64,000 nt of DNA from the NCBI RefSeq assembly GCF_035084215.1, contig NC_090346.1, forward strand, positions 3,534,001-3,598,000. The letters run 5' to 3'. The position numbers and the translations under genes are program-made. The stretch comes from Heptranchias perlo (taxonomy: Eukaryota). Positions within the stretch are counted from its first letter, which is position 1, and each line of letters begins with the position of its first letter. This document shows positions 63,070-64,000 of the stretch, piece by piece. The notes under the pieces were generated by a model. The model was not told the DNA's origin. It ran no database searches and saw only the letters and a program-made list of their open reading frames with translations.

Positions 63070-64000
63070 GAATCATAAAATCATAGAATGAGACAGCACA
63101 GAAGGAGACCATTCGGCCCATCGTGCCAATGCCGGCTCTTTGAAAGAGCTATCCAATTAGTCCCACTCCCCTGCTCTTTCCCCATAGTCCAGCAAATTTT
63201 TCCACTTCAAGAAAGTTATTATTGAATCTGCTTCCACCACCCATTCAGGCAGGGCATTCCAGATCATAACAACTCGCTGTGTAAATTTTTTTTTCCCTCA
63301 TCTCGCCTCTGGTTCTTTTGCCAATTACCTTAAATCTGTGACCTCTGATTACCGAGCCTTCTGCTACTGGAAAGAGTTTCTCCTTATTTACTGTATCAAA
63401 ACCCTTCAGGATTTTGAACAGCTCTATCAAATCTCCCCTTAACCTGCTCTGCTCTAACGAGAACAACCCCAGATTCTCTAGTCTCTCCATATAACTGGTC
63501 TTTCATCCTTAGTATCATTCTCGTAAATCTCCTCTGCACCCTCTCTAAGGCTTTGACATCCTTCCTAAAGTGTGGTGCCCAGAATTGGACACAATACTCC
63601 AGCTGGGGCCTAACCAGTGTTTTATAAACATTTAACATAACTTCCTTGCTTTTGTACTTTATAACTCTATTTATAAAGCCAAGGATCCCGTCTGCATTTT
63701 TAACAGTCTTCTCAACTTGTCCTGCCACCTTCAAAGACTTGTGTACATACAACCACAGGTCTCTCTGTTCCTGCACCCCCTTTAAAATTGTACCATTTAA
63801 TTTATATTGCCACTCCTCATTCTTCCCACCAAAATAAATTCACAGCATTAAATTTCATCTGCCATGTGTCTGCCGATTTCACCAGTCTATCTGTGTCCTC
63901 CTGAAGTCTGTTACTATCCTCCTCAGTGTTTACTACATTTCCGAGTTTCGTGTCATTTGCAAACTTTGAAATTATGTCCTATATATCCAAGTCCAGGTCA
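63070..64000 (-). mobile_element. CR1 LINE 3' portion, same family as 904-2668, runs off the window
   Basis: ORFs 63396-63776 and 63245-63490 ([31 protein letters not shown]); tail atcataaaatcatagaat. Confidence 0.92.

Overview
This is vertebrate genomic DNA, not prokaryotic; the repeat content points to a cartilaginous fish (inference). Two intron-rich genes sit head-to-head around a CpG-rich region at about 43.2-44.4 kb. EIF3B lies on the minus strand: 18 coding exons from 43425 down to 19068, 2064 nt, 687 aa, all GT-AG and phase-consistent, plus a probable non-coding last exon. BRAT1 lies on the plus strand: 11 coding exons visible from 46287 to 62836, continuing past the window end. A CpG patch with a splice donor near 6.8 kb probably marks the first exon of a third, minus-strand gene, possibly CHST12 by synteny. 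The remainder is mostly CR1/L2-group LINEs, tRNA-derived SINEs and MITEs. The most notable signal is a family of short Penelope-like insertions carrying minimal hammerhead ribozyme motifs: five motif copies in four insertions, with flanking direct repeats and stem-II covariation. One insertion forms a near-perfect ~560-bp palindrome in a BRAT1 intron, placing a ribozyme opposite its own antisense copy. All calls were made by eye with no database searches; family names rest on recalled motifs.
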